Positions 51,188-64,000 of a stretch of 64,000 nucleotides of DNA are shown here, one piece after another (the stretch's first letter is position 1; each line of letters begins with the position of its first letter). The notes below the pieces were generated by a model that saw only the letters and a program-made list of their open reading frames with translations, was not told the origin of the DNA and did not search any database. The position numbers and the translations under genes were made by a program. This stretch comes from the human T2T-CHM13v2.0 reference genome, Homo sapiens, in assembly GCF_009914755.1 (NCBI RefSeq), contig NC_060944.1. The stretch is one strand, 5' to 3'.

Positions 51188-52243
51188 ATGGGCAGTTTTG
51201 TCTTTCAGACGGGAAACACTCAGGCATCAACAGGCTCACCCTTGAAATGCATCCTAAGCCATTGGAACCAATTTGACCCACAAACCCTGAAAAAGAGGTG
51301 GCTCATTTTTTTCTGCAATATGGCTTGGCCCCAATATTCTCTCTCTGAAGGGGGAAAATGGCCACCTGATGGAAGTATAAATTACAATACTATCCTGCAG
51401 CTTGACCATTTCTGTAAGAGAGAAGACAAATGGAGTGAAATACCTTATATCCAAGCTTTCTTTACATTGAAGGAGAATACACAACTATGCAAAGCTTACA
51501 ATTTACATCCCACAGGAGGACCTTTCAGGTTACCCCCATATCCTAGCCTCCCTATATCTCCCCTTCCTATTAATAATAAGCCTCCTCTAATCTCACCAGC
51601 TCAGAAGGAAATAGGCAACCAAATCTCCAAAGGACCACAAAAACCCCTGGGCTATCAGTTATGCCCCCTTCAAGCTGTAGGGGGAAGGGAATTTGTCCCA
51701 ACACAGGTAGATGTCCCTTTCTCCCTCTCTGATTTAAAGCAGATCAAGACAGACCTGGGGAAGTTTTCAGATGATCCTGATAGTTACATAGATGTCCTAC
51801 AGGGCCTAAGGCAAACCTTCAATCTCACTTGGAGAGATGTCATGTTATTATTAGATCAAATCCTGTCCTTTAATGAAAAGAATGCAGCTTTAGCTGCAGC
51901 CCAAGAGTCTGGAGATACGTGGTATCTTACTCAAGTAAATGATAGAATGACAGCTGAAGAAAGGGACAAATTCCCTACTGCTCAGCAAGCCATCCCCAGT
52001 ATGGATCCCCACTGGGACCTCGACTCAGATCATGGGGACTGGAGTCACAAACCTCTGTTAACCTGTGTTCTAGAAGGACTAAGGAGAATGAGGAAAAAGC
52101 CCATGAATTATTCAGTGATGTCCACCACGTCAGGGAAAGGAAGAAAGTGCTTCTGCCTTCCTCGAGCAGCTATGGGAGGCCTTAAGAATATATACTCCCC
52201 TGTCACCCGACTCACTAGGGGGTCAATTAATCCTGAAAGATAA
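51188..52243 (+). pseudogene. ERV9 gag reading frame (MA to CA, frameshift near the MHR), 351 codons from ATG 51188
   Basis: ORF track 51110-52243: GNTQASTGSPLKCILSHW..WPQY..WPPDGSINY..PFSLSDLKQIK. Confidence 0.8.
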
Positions 52244-55200
52244 GTTTATTACCCAATCAGCTGCAGACATCAGGAGAAAGCTCTAAAAGTAAGCCCTGGG
52301 CCCTGAACAAAATCTGGAGGCATTATTAAACCTGCCAACTTCGGTGTTCTATGATAGGGACCAAGAGGAACAGGCCCAAAAGGAAAAGCAAAATCAGAGA
52401 AAGGCCACAGCCTTAGTCATGGCCCTCAGACAAACAAACACTGGTGGTTCAGAGAGGACAGAAAATGGAGCAGGCCAATCACCAGGTAGCGCTTGTTATC
52501 AGTGTGGTTTACAAGGACACTTTAAAAAACGTTGTCCTATGAGAAACAAGCTGTCTCCTTGTCCATGTTCACTATGCCAAGGCAATCACTGGAAGGCACA
52601 TTGCCCCAGAGTGCAATGGTTCTCTGGGCCAGAAGCCCCAACCAGATGATCCAACAACAAGACTGAGGGTGCCCGGGGCAAGTGCCAGTTCATGTCATCA
52701 CGCTCACTGAGCCCTGGGTATGTATAACCATTGAGGGCCAGGAAATTGACTTCCTCCTGGACACTGGCACAGCTTTGTCAGTGTTAATCTACTGTTCTGG
52801 ACAGGTGCCCTCAAGGTCTGTTACCATCCGAGGAATCCCGGGGTAGATATTTCTCCCACTTCCTCAGTTGTAATTGGGAGACTTTGCTCTTTTCACATGT
52901 CTTTCTTGTTATGCCTGAAAGTCCTATACCCTTATTAGGGAGGGATATATTAGCCAAAGCTGCAGCTATTATTTACATGAATATGGGGAACAAGTTATCC
53001 ATTTGTTGTCCCCTGCTTGAGGAGGGAATCAACCCTGAAGTCTGGGCATTGGAAGAAACAAATTCAAGCTCCAGCCTTAAACCTTCCCACAAGACAAAAC
53101 TTCTCTTTATACATCACAAGGAGAGCAGGAATAGCTCTTGGAGTCCTTACTTATACTTGTGGGACAACCCCATATCAGTGGCATAGTTAAGTAAGGAAAT
53201 TGATGTAGTAGCAAAAGGCTGGCCTCACCATTTATGGGTAGTTGTGGGGGTGGCCATCTTAGTGTTAGAGGTTATCAAAATAATACAAGGAAAGGATCTC
53301 ACTGTCTGGACTACTCATGATGTAAATGACATACTAGGTGCCAAACGATGTTTATGGTTATCAGACAACCACCTACTTAGATACCAGGTGCTAGTCCTTG
53401 AGGGACTGGTGCTTCAAATATGTATGTGCATGGCCCTCAACCCTGCCACTTTTCTCCCAGAGGATGAGGAGCCAATCAAGCATGACTGCCAAAAAATTAT
53501 AGTCCAGATTTATGTCACCTGAGATGATCTCTTAGAAGTCCCCTTAGCTAATCCTGACCTAAACTATATACTGATGGAAGTTCATCTGTGGAGAATGGGA
53601 TATGAAGGGCAGGTTATGCCATAGTAACAGTACTTGAAAGTAAGCCTCTTCCCCCAGGGACCAGCACCCAGTTAGCAGAACTAGTGGCACTTACCCAAGA
53701 CTTAGAACTGGGAAAGGGAAGAAGAATAAATGTGTATACAAATAGCAAGTATGCTTATCTAATCCTACATGCCCATGCTGCAATCTGGAAAGAAAGGGAG
53801 TTCCTAACCTCTGGGAGAACCCCCATTAAATACCACAAGAAAACCATGGAGTTATTGCACGCAGTGCAAAAACCCAAGGAGGTGGCAGTCTTACACTGCT
53901 AAGCCCATCAAAAGGGGAAGGAGAGGGGAGAACAGCAGCATAAGCAGCTGGCAGAGGCAGGGAAAGACCAGCAGAAAGGAAAGAGAGAAAGAGATAAAAA
54001 GTTAGAGAGAGAGAGACAGAGAGAGGAAGAGAGAGAGAAAAAGGGAGTCAGAGAGAAAGAAAGAGAAAAAGTCAAAGAGACAAAGAGAGGAAGAGAGAGA
54101 GACAAAGAGGGAGTCAGAGAGAGAGAGAAAAAGAGAGACACAGAAAGTCAAAGAGAGAGAGGAAGAGACAGAAAAAGAGAGAGTCAAAAAGAGAGAGACA
54201 AAGAAATCAAAGAGAAAGAGAGATAGAAGTAGTAAAGAAAAAAGTGTACCCTATTCCTTTAAAAGCCAGGGTAAAATTAAAACCTATAATTGATAAATGA
54301 AGGTTTTCTCTGTAACCCTATAACACTCCAATACCACCTTGTCATTGTAAACAAGGGTGTAGCCCGAAAGCACTGAGGCCACTGAAAACCCTTAGCCTTC
54401 CTATCAAAAATCCTTAACCCAGCAGGTTTCCTAACAGGGGATCTAAATCTTAATTAATTACTATACAAACATCCGACCAAATCTAGGAGGAACTCTCTTC
54501 AGGACAGGAGGATAGATGGTTCCTCCCAGGTGATTAAGGAAAAAGACACAATGGGTATTCAGTAAGTGATAAGGAAAATCATAGAATCAGAATTAGGAAA
54601 ATTGTCTAATAATTGATCTGCTCAAGGGTGCGAGCTGTTTACACTAACCCAAACCTTAAAGTACTTACAGAATCAGGAAGGAGCCATCCATACCAGTTCT
54701 AAGTTAATATGGACTGAACGAGGTCTTATTAATAGCAAAGAAGAATTGAAATCCCAAACTTAAAAGGTTTTCAACAAAAGTAAAGTTTGCTAAAAGTTAA
54801 CAGTGTAAACTTATATTATCCTAACTTCCAGTCTTGTGAAATCAGACCCTATCAGTACCCTATAATTGATATTATAGCTCAAGTATAATTGATATTATAG
54901 CTCAAGTACCCTATAATTAATATTAAATCTCAAGTCCATCAGCTCAGAGCTATACAACTAATACCCCTACTTACAGGGTTAGGAATGGCTACTGCTACAG
55001 GAACCGGAATAGCCAGTTTATTTACTTCATTATCCTACTACCACACACTCTCAAAGGATTTCTTAGACAGTTTGCAAGAAATAGCGAAATCTATCCTTAC
55101 TCTACAATCCCAAATAGACTCTTTGGCAGCCATGATTCTCCAAACCACCGAGGCCTAGACTCCTCACTGCTGAGAAAGGAGGACTCTGTACCTTCTTAGG

Positions 55201-55667
55201 GGAAGAGTGTTGTTTTTACACTAGCCAGTCAGGGATAGTACAAGATGCCACCCGACATTTACAGAAAAACGATTCTGAAATCAGATAACACCTTTCAAGC
55301 TCTTATACCAACCTCTGGAGTTGAGCAACATGGCTTCTCCCCTTTCTAGGTACCCTGGCAGCCATCTTGCTATTACCTGCCTTCGGGCCCTGTATTTTTA
55401 ACCTCCTTGTCAAATTTGTTTCCTCTAGGATTGAGGCCACCAAGCTTCAGATGGTCTTACATATGGAAACCCAAATGAGCTCAACTAACAACTTCTACCA
55501 AGGACCCCTGGACTAACCCACTGGCCCTTTCACTGGCCTAAAGAGTTCACCTCTGGAGGATACTACAACTGCAGGGCCCCTTCTTTGCCCCTATCCAGCA
55601 GGAAGTAGCTAGAGTGGTCATCATTGAACTCCCAACAGCAGTTGGGGTGTCCTGTTTGAGGAGGGAT

Positions 55668-56328
55668 TGACAGGTGAAGCCAGCTAGGCTTCTGGGTCAG
55701 GTGGGGACTTGGAGAACTTTTATGTGTAGCTAAAGGATGGTAAATGCACCAATCAGCACTCTGTGTCTAGCTAAAGGTTTGTAAAGGCACCAATCAGCAC
55801 TCTGTAAAAACAGACTAATCAGCACTCTGTAAAATGGACCAATCAGCAGGTTGTGGGGGGGGCCAAATAAGGGAATAAAAGCTGGCCACCTAGCCAGCAG
55901 TGGCAACCCACTTGGGTCCCCTTCCACGCTGTGGAAGCTTTGTTCTTTCACTCTTCACAATAAATCTTGCTGCTGCTCACTCTTTGGGTCCTCACTACCT
56001 TTATGAGCTGTAACCCTCACCACGAAGGTCTGCAGCTTCACTCCTGAAGTCAGTGAGAGCACAAACCCACCAGGAGGAATGAGCAACTCCAGACATACCA
56101 CCTTAAGAGCTGTAACACTCACTGTGAAGGTCTGTGGCTTCACTTCTGAAGTCAGCAAGACCACGAACCCACCAGAAGGAAGAAACTCCAGACATATATG
56201 AACATCTGAAGGAACAACTCTGGACACACCATCTTTAAGAACTGTAACACTCACCGCCAGGGTCCGCAGCTTTATTCTTGAAGTCGGCGAGGCCAAGAAC
56301 CCACCAGAAGGAACCAATTCAGGACACA
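55668..56328 (+). mobile_element. 3' LTR12
   Basis: Direct repeat of the 5' LTR with ~23 bp of extra U3 repeat. Confidence 0.92.
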
Positions 56329-56329
56329 G

Positions 56330-57480
<1,151 letters not shown>

Positions 57481-60400
57481 TTAGTGTCATGAAAATGTAC
57501 TCACTAATATGGTATGTACAATAGCACACCAGGCAGTTTGTTTTTATTTTATGTTATTTTGTTTTTAATTTTACCCAAGTGAGACCCAAGTTTTTGTATT
57601 TTTTATGGGAATTTAATGAGATAGAATTTCTTGATTTTTCATGTTTGTAGGGTGCAGATCTGCGTAGTGAAACTACCCACAGCAAGGATGTATGCCTGTG
57701 AGGTGGCACAGAACTGATGGATCAGACTTGGCCTTCAACCTCCTGTTATCCTGATGAAATTGCAAGCTCCAAACAACAGAGACACAACATTGACCAACAG
57801 TAAGATGGCTTGAAGAAATATTTCTTTCAGGACAAACTCTGTGCATTCCATGAGGTAATCAATATAGTATATAGCTATACATTTGCACAATTTTGAAGCC
57901 CACTACAACAGTCAGAGTTTTAAAATGCTGTGTTTAGTGAGCATTATTGATAGAGTCTTTAAGATCATCAATCTTAAGTCAAGAAAATTTAGAAAGTACT
58001 AAAATCTTAGCGCTCACATGAAAGAAAACTGGAAGCTTTTCCAAATTAGACAACAATCAGACAAATTTGCATAGTATTACCTATATGAGCTTTGAAGCAG
58101 AAAGAAAATGTTATAATCCATGATTTTCACAAGTAGGATTGATTGTAGTATTTCATAATTTTGGATGATTGTATTATTTATCAGAATTTTAAAGTGATCA
58201 AACTTAGTGGAAAGACTGGTTTATCTTTCTGCTATATTTATGGAAAATTCTATTATAAAATCAATGTCATGTGATGAAGCAAATAGTTACTCAATAGTTG
58301 AGTATGAAAACATAGAAATAACTTGTTACACTGTTGAGTCAAGTAGTTAATAAAAATGCTATGTTAGCATGTAAAAAGAACACAAATTAAGGAAGGGCAA
58401 ATCTGCCCTTTCATCTGCAGGGTGGATGGATGGACTTATGAGGACAAAGCCACTGACATCATGAGCAGGAAACAATGCTTCTCTCAAGCTGCAGCTTCGA
58501 AATGTCAAACAGCCTCTTCCTTGGGTGACAACTGCTTTCTGACTCAAAGGAAGACCTTGCTCTCCAGCATCAGGGGCTGTCAGAAACTTTGCTTTTGAGT
58601 AAGTACAACATCACACTGCCTGGAGGATCTAGGTCCACCTTTACACAGAAGCACAGAGCTACAGAGAAGGGGTTTCTGGATGGAACATTCACATCTGGCT
58701 GGACTTCATGGGTTCTAAGGACAGAGGACCTGGGTCCACTTTGCAGACCAGACTTGACACTGGCTGCTTTACACTTAGGACTGCTACGTTGTGAGTCCAT
58801 CACTACAGCCTCAAGAATCCCTCCCCACAGTCTTATAATAACCTCTTTGCTTTGTTTTTTTAGTCATCCCAGGTTTCTTAATGTGAATTTATTCCCTTTT
58901 TGCTACAAGCCAATAATCCTGAGTCTGTTAACTGCAAAATCAGTTTTGGTGACTGAATGCACTAGGATGTATATTAGTTTCTGGAATTTGGGATGACTGT
59001 AGCATTTTTCAGCATTTTAAAGTGAGTAATTTGTTGTGACTTATTTCCTTTTCTTAAATAAACACTAACTTCTGTGTTTAGTTTCAAATAGTTTATATTA
59101 TGCTATTTTTCATGTAGATAACCCTCTGAATTATGTAAGCCTCAGACCTCACGGAACCTGGATTGCCAGTGGTCATAGTGCTGAGAATCCACCTGCCCAA
59201 GGAATGACCGCTCTGGTTCCCGCTTCCCAGGCCTCCAATGGACTTATCCCTCCTTTCAGAGTGATTTGTCTATGCTGAAGGTGGAGTTTCTAACCTCAGC
59301 GGTTTTAGGCTTTTAGTAAGAATGTGTGACATTATTTTTGCTAAAGGAACTCTTAGAAGGGGTGCAATATTTCCAAAACATGACCCTCAGTATCCTCCTT
59401 TACTCCCAAAAACCGGGTGGCTTCCGGACAGGGCCCAGACCCTCAGCTTCGTCCAGAAGATGAAGGTCCACATGCTCACCTTAAAGCCTCCCTGCCCCCT
59501 GCTCCCCTCCTAGGGAACAGACACACAAGGAGATGGTTGAGGGAGCCCTCTACAGAGCCAGACGTCCCCCTCCACTTCCCCAGGAAGAGAGATGTCAGAA
59601 AAGTTACTGGTTTACACAAAATTGTCTGTTCCTTGTGTCCTTGGATGGTGGTTGCTTATGTCAAGACAGACTTTCCCCAGGTAGAGAACCATGAGGATCT
59701 CCATGCAGGGAAGACTCTGCCCCTAACCATGATTCCTGGGCACATGCTCCTCTGCTCTCAGCCCCTGTCTTCCAACAGAAGCCTGAATCAGTGTGTGCAG
59801 CCCCCACCCCCTGACACCGGGTGAGGCCCAGACTCAAATCTCCCCAGTTCATGGCCTCCTGGGTGCTGCTTCACTTTCTTCAACGTAAAACCTTGGTTAC
59901 ATCCCATAGGGGTGGAGAGGAAATGAAACAGGTGCTCCCCACTCTCCCTGCCAGACCATACTCCTCCTGGCTTTCTATGTGCGGCACATGGGGTGCTGGC
60001 CTCAGGGCTGTTTCAACAGTTTCCCCTTTGTCATTTTCCCCTCGGTGTTCATGGCAGCCACTCTTGGTCAACGCAGATCTAGGCATGGAAGATAGTTGAG
60101 AGCCCTTCCCCAGAGGCACCTGCCCTGAGGGCTGCACCCCCTGCCCTGAAATGGCAAAGGGAAGGGCCGTGCAGGGTGGGCGTTGTCTTAGGACTGTAGC
60201 CTCTTCTTTAGAGCGCAACTACCCACTATTCTACAGAATGGTTTTGACACTTAGGTGATGTTATTTATTAATTAAAACATCCTTTGTGAAAAAATCGAGT
60301 GTCCACTGCATGTCACTTTCATTTGTGTTTTAGCTTCTCCATCCCTGCCAAGAAGGCTGACCTGAGTGCTCATTTTAAATTCAAGTCCAGAGAAAGGGCG

Positions 60401-60562
60401 GCTGGGTGTGAACGTGTAAAACTTTTCTAGGGCACAGCTTCCTAGCATAGGAGACAACCTCCCAGCCTGGGGCACACCCTCCCAGGATGGATGAGAGCAG
60501 GCGTTGCTTTCTCTGGGTGATCTTGCCTGTCTTTGGTCTGGGTGGCATTTTTCCCAATAAGT

Positions 60563-60565
<3 letters not shown>

Positions 60566-60599
<34 letters not shown>
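60566..60599. repeat. (CA)n microsatellite ~0.5 kb past the CST1 polyA signal
   Basis: Direct reading. Confidence 0.95.
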
Positions 60600-60601
<2 letters not shown>

Positions 60602-61138
60602 TTGGACTTTGTTTCCATGTAGGTGCCTAAAGTCTCCTGTGGAAAGAACTACACGTTGATCGCTGTCTATTTAGTGTCTAGGGGATTTGATGAGAGCAGC
60701 TCAGTCCCTGGAGTCTGCTCCACTCTGCAAGCACAGATGGACTCTATGGCCTGGCGAGCTCCACTGAGGCCTGGCCCCTGCCTGTGGACACAGCCAGCCC
60801 CCTCCTCGTGGTCTGACCAGCAGCTCAGACCAAAACAGCAGCCCAGCTTCTGGGGCAGCTGCCTGGGCCCCCTCCTCTCCCTGACCCCCTCACCAGGGGC
60901 TGCTGCAGCTGAAGGCCTGGGTTCCCAGTCCCTGGCTGCTCTCTCCCTGTTCTGAAGCTCAGGTCTCTGAAAGTGGCAGCAGCTCCCCTGATGGCCTTGC
61001 TGTGGCTGCGTCAGCTCCCAGGTACTCCTGTGATCTCCACACCAGCAGGACAAGGAGGCTTCATAAAGGAACTGCAGAAACCCCGCCTGCGTGCACATCC
61101 CCAGACAGCCAAGAACTCAGAGGGAGGCGATGCTACTG

Positions 61139-61144
61139 TTTAAT
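61139..61144 (-). terminator. CST1: ATTAAA polyadenylation signal of CST1
   Basis: Minus strand reads cctgcaATTAAAcagtagca, ~240 nt after the stop codon. Confidence 0.75.
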
Positions 61145-61379
61145 TGCAGGAGGTGGGGGGGTGTGTACCATGTACCAGGGCTATTAGAAGCAAGAAGGAA
61201 GGAGGGAGGGCAGAGCGCCCTGCTGAGCAACAAAGGACTCCTGCAGCCTTCTCTGTCTGTCTCTTGGCGCAGGCACATGGGGAGGCCTCCCGCAGGGTGG
61301 GGGCCACCAGTCCAGGGGTGGGAGCACTACAGGGGGTGGGAGTGGGTGGTGGCTGGTGCGAATGGCCTGGCACAGATCC

Positions 61380-61463
61380 CTAGGATTCTTGACACCTGGA
61401 TTTCACCAGGGACCTTCTGTTCTCCCAGGGAACTTCGTAGATCTCGAAAGAGCACAACTGTTT
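61380..61463 (-). CDS. CST1: Cystatin SN, coding part of exon 3 (KQLCSFEIYEVPWENRRSLVKSRCQES*)
   Basis: AG acceptor at 61465-61464 after a pyrimidine tract; PW motif, two Cys and TAG at 61382-61380. The ENRRSLVKSRCQES ending is characteristic of cystatin SN. Confidence 0.93.
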   Translation of the reverse strand, partial: KQLCSFEIYEVPWENRRSLVKSRCQES

Positions 61464-61930
61464 CTGTGAAAGGGAAGAGAGAGGGCCAATCAGTGTGGGT
61501 TACAGTTAAAGGGGAAGATGCCCAGGCATGAGATGTCAGAGCCTGGGTGAGGAGGATGGAGGTGAGACACTGGGCCCTCACCCACCCCTACTGAGTCCCA
61601 GAGTGCTGAACTAGAATGAATAGTGACTGTTCCATTGCCCCTCCCAAGGCTCCAAGTCACCAGGTGGCATTGGGACCCCACCCCAGCCTGCAGTGTCCTG
61701 TCCCAGCACAGCCCTGTGAGGAGTAGCCTGGGCAAGGCCTCGGGAGCCCCAAGGGTGCAGGGCATGGGGAGGCAGCTCAGTTCCCCCAGCTCCTTCCACC
61801 TCCAGCACCCAGGCCAGCACTAAGAGGGGCCAGAGGGAAGAACCCAGGGCAGGGCAACTCCCCCTCAAAGAGCTGGGGCATGGGGCAAGGGCAACAAGGG
61901 GAGTGTGGCTCTCCCCTGAGTGGAGACCTC

Positions 61931-64000
61931 ACAAGAACCAGCAGGTCCTTGGAGAGGCTGGTGTTGGGTGAGCCGGGCAGGTCCAGGGCTTCCCAGCTAA
62001 CAGGCCTCTAGGTCCCACTAATCTGATCACTGTGGCTGTGGCTGCATGCAGGTGCCTGAGGCTGGGATTAGACAGAGCCCCTTCTCCCTGCCCAGCACAC
62101 AGCCGCACAGCTGCTTCTTCCTGTCCAACAGGCAACACTCCAAAGCAGGCAGAATTGACCTTATAGTAACCATTCCCAACCTAAAGCCTTCCTAGCAAAT
62201 CAAACACATCACCCTCCTCCCTCACCACCCCATCTGCACATACATGGACAACTACGTAAACTCACTTGGACCCCTCATCCCCATGGATCTATGTACAAAG
62301 CCCCATACACCCCCCACACATCCATGCACAGGCACACATGCTCCCATCCACCTCCCTGCACACACTGGCACAGGTGTGTACACACGTGCACCTTTCCACA
62401 TGCACACCTACATGCACACCCCCCCATAAGTACATGAACACGTACACATCCATGCATACACGGCTCCCCACATACCCACCTGCACACACACACCCTCCAA
62501 ACATGTGTAGGGCAGAGGCTGACACATACGCACCCCTCTGCAGTGCATGACTGGCCCGGGACCTGCATCAGGAACGTACCTTCTGCAGTTCTGGCTGTTC
62601 ATGGAAGGCACAGGTGTCCAAGTTGGGCTGGGACTTGGTACATATGGTTCGGCCCACCTCTACGTCGAAGAAGTAATTCACCCCCCCAACGGTCTGCACA
62701 CAGGAGAAAACAGGACAGCGCCCCCATCAGTTCATGCACTCACAGGCACTTCACTGTGGCTGAGTCACTGGACTTGCTTGGGGGCTTCGTGAGCTGCCCA
62801 CATGTCAACACAAGGCACACAAGCCCCCTCTTCCTGTCAACTGGCAGGGTGCTGAGCCTCATACCCGCTCTTAAACATTGCTTTCTCTGTGCTGGGTAAA
62901 AGGATTCATTGAATTCTGCTGTCTGTGGCTCAGGGGCGAGGGAACACTGACTCTTTTCTAGGAAGTCTGTCTGATGACAAAATTTCACCTAACTTCTGAA
63001 AATCTTATTCCCTCCATTTAACATAGATTTATTACTTCACTCAGAGTAGGAAATGAGATGCTTCACACACACAGATATTTTGGATCAATGGGGCCGCCCG
63101 GATGCCACCATTTCAAGTGTGAGATTCAAGATACATTTCTCAAGTCAGCAGCACACCTGCGTGTCTTACAGTTGCAGATTAGAATTGAACCCTTTCCCTG
63201 CATAGGGCCTTTCCCAGACACAATGTGGCAGAGCTGTGGAGAAACCTGGGATGAGGGACTCTCTGGAACCAGGAGGAACTGCTGAGATCCCTCGAGTGTC
63301 AGTTTACCCATGTCTAAAATAGGCTTCTGGGCCTGATGGTCTGCAATGCCCTGTGCTTCACTCCAAGTTACTGTCATGCTTGAAAGGGAGATGCAGGCCA
63401 GCGGGGACCACGGCACCAGGGAGTGTATCTCGTATGCAGGGAGAGAGCCCCAGCTGACAGCTGCAAGAGGAGAAACGGGGCTGGTGGGGATTCCTTTGAA
63501 TTTCCAGGAGAAGGTGGAGGAGCTCTAAAGACTGTGTCACTATTTGCTGCTGTGCCATGGGATGCAGGTCAAGCTGGGCCCAGTTGCCCTGCTGAAGCTC
63601 CCTCCCGACCTGACCCCTCCTCTGCTCTGCTGGGTGACCACTGTCCTCATCTGGCTGAGGTCTAACTGCATCAGCTGGTAGAGGCAGGGTCAGGCATGCT
63701 CCACCCCAGCAGGGACTCAGCGCCCTGGGCTGTAGGGGTTTGTCAGCCGGCCTGAGGGTGAAGGCCGCTAGCCATAAGGGGCTGTGCCCAGGGGCGTGAC
63801 TTGGGGAAGCAGGGCTCTGCAGAACAGTGAGCCAGGTTCCTGTGTGGCCCCTGCAGAGAGGACTCAGGGAGGAGTATGAACCTCATGGCCTGGATCTCAT
63901 CCTGAGCAGCATCAAGCCCACCCAGAGTAAGCACAGTCTCCATCCACACCTGCTGGACCCTGGGAAATGCCACAGTCATGGTACAGACACAGTGGCTGCT
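61931..64000. repeat. CST1 copy of the 1-2080 paralogous block
   Basis: Direct alignment to the window start. Confidence 0.95.
62580..62693 (-). CDS. CST1: Cystatin SN, coding exon 2 ([38 protein letters not shown]); exon 1 lies right of the window
   Basis: 114-bp exon with AG acceptor (62695-62694) and gtacgt donor. Canonical (Q)TVGG loop. Confidence 0.93.

Larger units (their letters stand above)
49315..56328 (+). mobile_element. ERV9 (HERV9) provirus with two LTR12-family LTRs; pol and env internally deleted
   Basis: LTRs at 49315-49952 and 55668-56328 (TG...CA). PBS-Arg at 49956 (TGGTGACCACGAAGG); PPT before 55668; 4-bp TSD gatg/gata. gag, zinc knuckle CYQCGLQGHFKKRC, protease LLDTG, RNase H remnant (53560-53900) and env TM remnant (AEKGGLCTFLGEECCFY near 55170). 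Confidence 0.93.

Noticed and set aside
53905-54240. Long purine (GA-rich) tract as a special structure
   Set aside because: Low-complexity stretch inside the ERV9 internal region; as far as I recall it is common in deleted ERV9 copies.

Overview
Human (primate) genomic DNA from the type-2 cystatin cluster, most likely chr20p11.21. The left end holds CST4 (cystatin S) exons 1-2 on the - strand. The right end holds CST1 (cystatin SN) exons 2-3 and its 3' UTR on the - strand. About 2 kb of paralogous intronic sequence is repeated at an offset of ~61.93 kb. The ~58 kb between the genes is mostly transposon-derived: a truncated HERV-K(HML-2) 5' LTR+gag, several L1s, a two-LTR ERV9/LTR12 provirus, Alus, MIR/L2, MLT/LTR16, MER20/MER33 and hAT fossils. 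It also contains three internally duplicated blocks that look like remains of erased cystatin gene units. One carries an orphan, still-open cystatin exon 3 whose upstream homology breaks exactly at a (CAY)n repeat. Other notable items: a cystatin-intron+MER41 insertion flanked by a perfect 16-bp direct repeat, a co-oriented HML-2 LTR with an intact splice donor upstream of CST4, and a long ERV9 gag frame opened by a new upstream ATG. No prokaryote-type systems, CRISPR arrays or RNA genes were found. Repeat subfamily names and reference protein comparisons are from memory of consensus sequences, not from a search.
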